Shown here: positions 62,921 to 64,000 of the stretch, piece by piece | Position numbering within the stretch: position 1 is the stretch's first letter | Layout: each line of letters starts with the position of its first letter | Origin: Chrysemys picta bellii | Lineage: Eukaryota | Assembly (NCBI RefSeq): GCF_011386835.1 | Contig: NC_088801.1 | Span: forward strand, 10,168,001 to 10,232,000 | Length of the DNA stretch: 64,000 nt | Direction of reading: 5' to 3' | Notes under the pieces: model-generated | What the model was told of the DNA's origin: nothing | What the model saw: only the letters and a program-made list of their open reading frames with translations | Database searches by the model: none | Position numbers and translations under genes: made by a program

Positions 62921-63002
62921 GCCTATTAGAAAAATGGCAACAGGTATGATCCTTGCAGGTCTGGCGTTTGCAGCTGCAGCCATTGTAGACGTCAAAATAA
63001 AT
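62921..63002 (+). CDS. SLC15A2: SLC15A2 exon 14 (PIRKMATGMILAGLAFAAAAIVDVKIN)
   Basis: Acceptor cactctgcag, donor GTAAGT; 82 nt; RKMxxGM motif. Confidence 0.96.
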
Positions 63003-63794
63003 GTAAGTACAGAGCAGTTGCACATGTGGAGATACACACAAATCCACATAGATACATAGCCTCCATTGGGCTATTTTATTAATGTCTATTGGACAATACT
63101 CCTTGTAATTATTGTACAGCTTGATCTCCTTCATTAACATATGCTTTACCGTTAAACACACTGTTACTTTTAATAATACTTATCACCTTGTCTGCTTCTC
63201 TCACCTCCTAATCTTTGCCATTCTGATGTGCCAATCATCTGTATCAGTTTATAGCATATAGTGCTTTCTATTGTCAATGTGCTTTACAAACATCTAATTA
63301 ACACTAGTGGCTAATTCCAAATAGGTAGTGTATCCTATCTTCTGTCTAATGTTTTATCTTGCCTGTGTTTAAGTAGGGATGGTTTTGTTCCTTTCCATGT
63401 GATTACATTAGGATTAGATTTGTTTGCATGGATAATGCTTTCAATAATAATGGGTTTGAGTGTACTCAGACGTATTTAGTTACAGTCATTTGTAATTGAC
63501 ATGGTTGTCCTATTTTCTGGGTGTTTTCTAATCGCTTGCAATTTCTGTATGTCTGTTATACATGTTACTACTATTTGTTGTTTCTAGGCTGAGCATGGCA
63601 GGTATTTTGCAGACATAGGTTGATCTTTTCCTTTTAAAAAATGAATAAGGAATTAATTTTTAAAACTTCCACTGAGACTGATAAAAGACCCAATCCATCA
63701 AGATATATTTGACACAGAGTAATCCCTAACTTGCTATGGCCCATAGAGTTGGGCTTTTATTTACTGCTGCTCTCATGAAGTCATTAGCAAACCA

Positions 63795-64000
63795 TACAGA
63801 ATGGGAAGAGACTGTCTAGGAAGGAGTACGGCAGAAAGGGATCTAGGGGTTATAGTGGACCACAAGCTACATATGAGTCAACAGTGTGATGCTGTTGCAA
63901 AAAAAGCAAACATGATTCTGGGATGTATTAACAGGTGTGTTGTGAGCAAGACACGAGAAGTCATTCTTCCGCTCTACTCTGCTCTGGTTAGGCCTCAGCT
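63795..64000 (+). mobile_element. Young CR1 LINE (5'-truncated, continues past the window end)
   Basis: gcagaaagggatctaggggttatagtggaccacaagcta...gagtcaacagtgtgatgctgttgcaaaaaaagcaaacatgattctgggatgtattaacagg, typical CR1 ORF2 3' region. Confidence 0.9.

Larger units (their letters stand above)
28505..63002 (+). other. SLC15A2: SLC15A2 (PEPT2) gene span, coding exons 1-14; 3' part lies beyond the window
   Basis: Spliced exons give 1206 nt/402 aa without stops: MNAFQKNKSKETLF...VVNEFCERFSYYGMKAVLTLYF...GALIADTWLGKFKT...[17 protein letters not shown]...FSVFYLAINAGSL...GDVKCFGGDCYALAFGVP...WALFDQQGSRWTLQA...VDVKIN. POT/PTR family ExxERF motif present. The N-terminus MNxFQKNxSKETLF and GDVxCFGxDCY match PEPT2 rather than PEPT1. 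Confidence 0.97.

Noticed and set aside
62985-63002. Asp in VDVKIN where human PEPT2 has Glu (VEIKIN)
   Set aside because: Conservative change at a position I cannot tie to known function
63570-63605. Possible SLC15A2 exon 15 after tttctag at 63587
   Set aside because: The next GT gives a 14-nt frameshifting exon and the translation does not resemble the PEPT2 extracellular domain; the true exon 15 is probably beyond the window

Overview
Vertebrate genomic DNA, very probably a turtle (inferred from the repeat landscape: CR1, L2, MIR, RTE, Penelope-like elements and many hAT/Harbinger MITEs; the species cannot be fixed from the sequence). The only protein-coding gene I can support is SLC15A2 (PEPT2, H+/oligopeptide cotransporter) on the + strand. 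It has 14 coding exons from 28505 to 63002, all with GT-AG introns and consistent phases, giving 402 uninterrupted codons; the gene continues beyond the window. Positions 1-28400 are intergenic and repeat-rich, with a 133-N assembly gap at 5636-5768. The most notable non-coding signal is a set of short Penelope-like element (PLE) insertions. They carry seven copies of a minimal, dimer-type hammerhead ribozyme motif (one with an intact catalytic core in SLC15A2 intron 13), include a perfect 102-bp palindrome, and are flanked by 8-14 bp duplications. I found no convincing novel protein-coding system; the long GC-rich ORFs are by-products of MITEs. All family assignments come from recognising motifs by eye, not from database searches.
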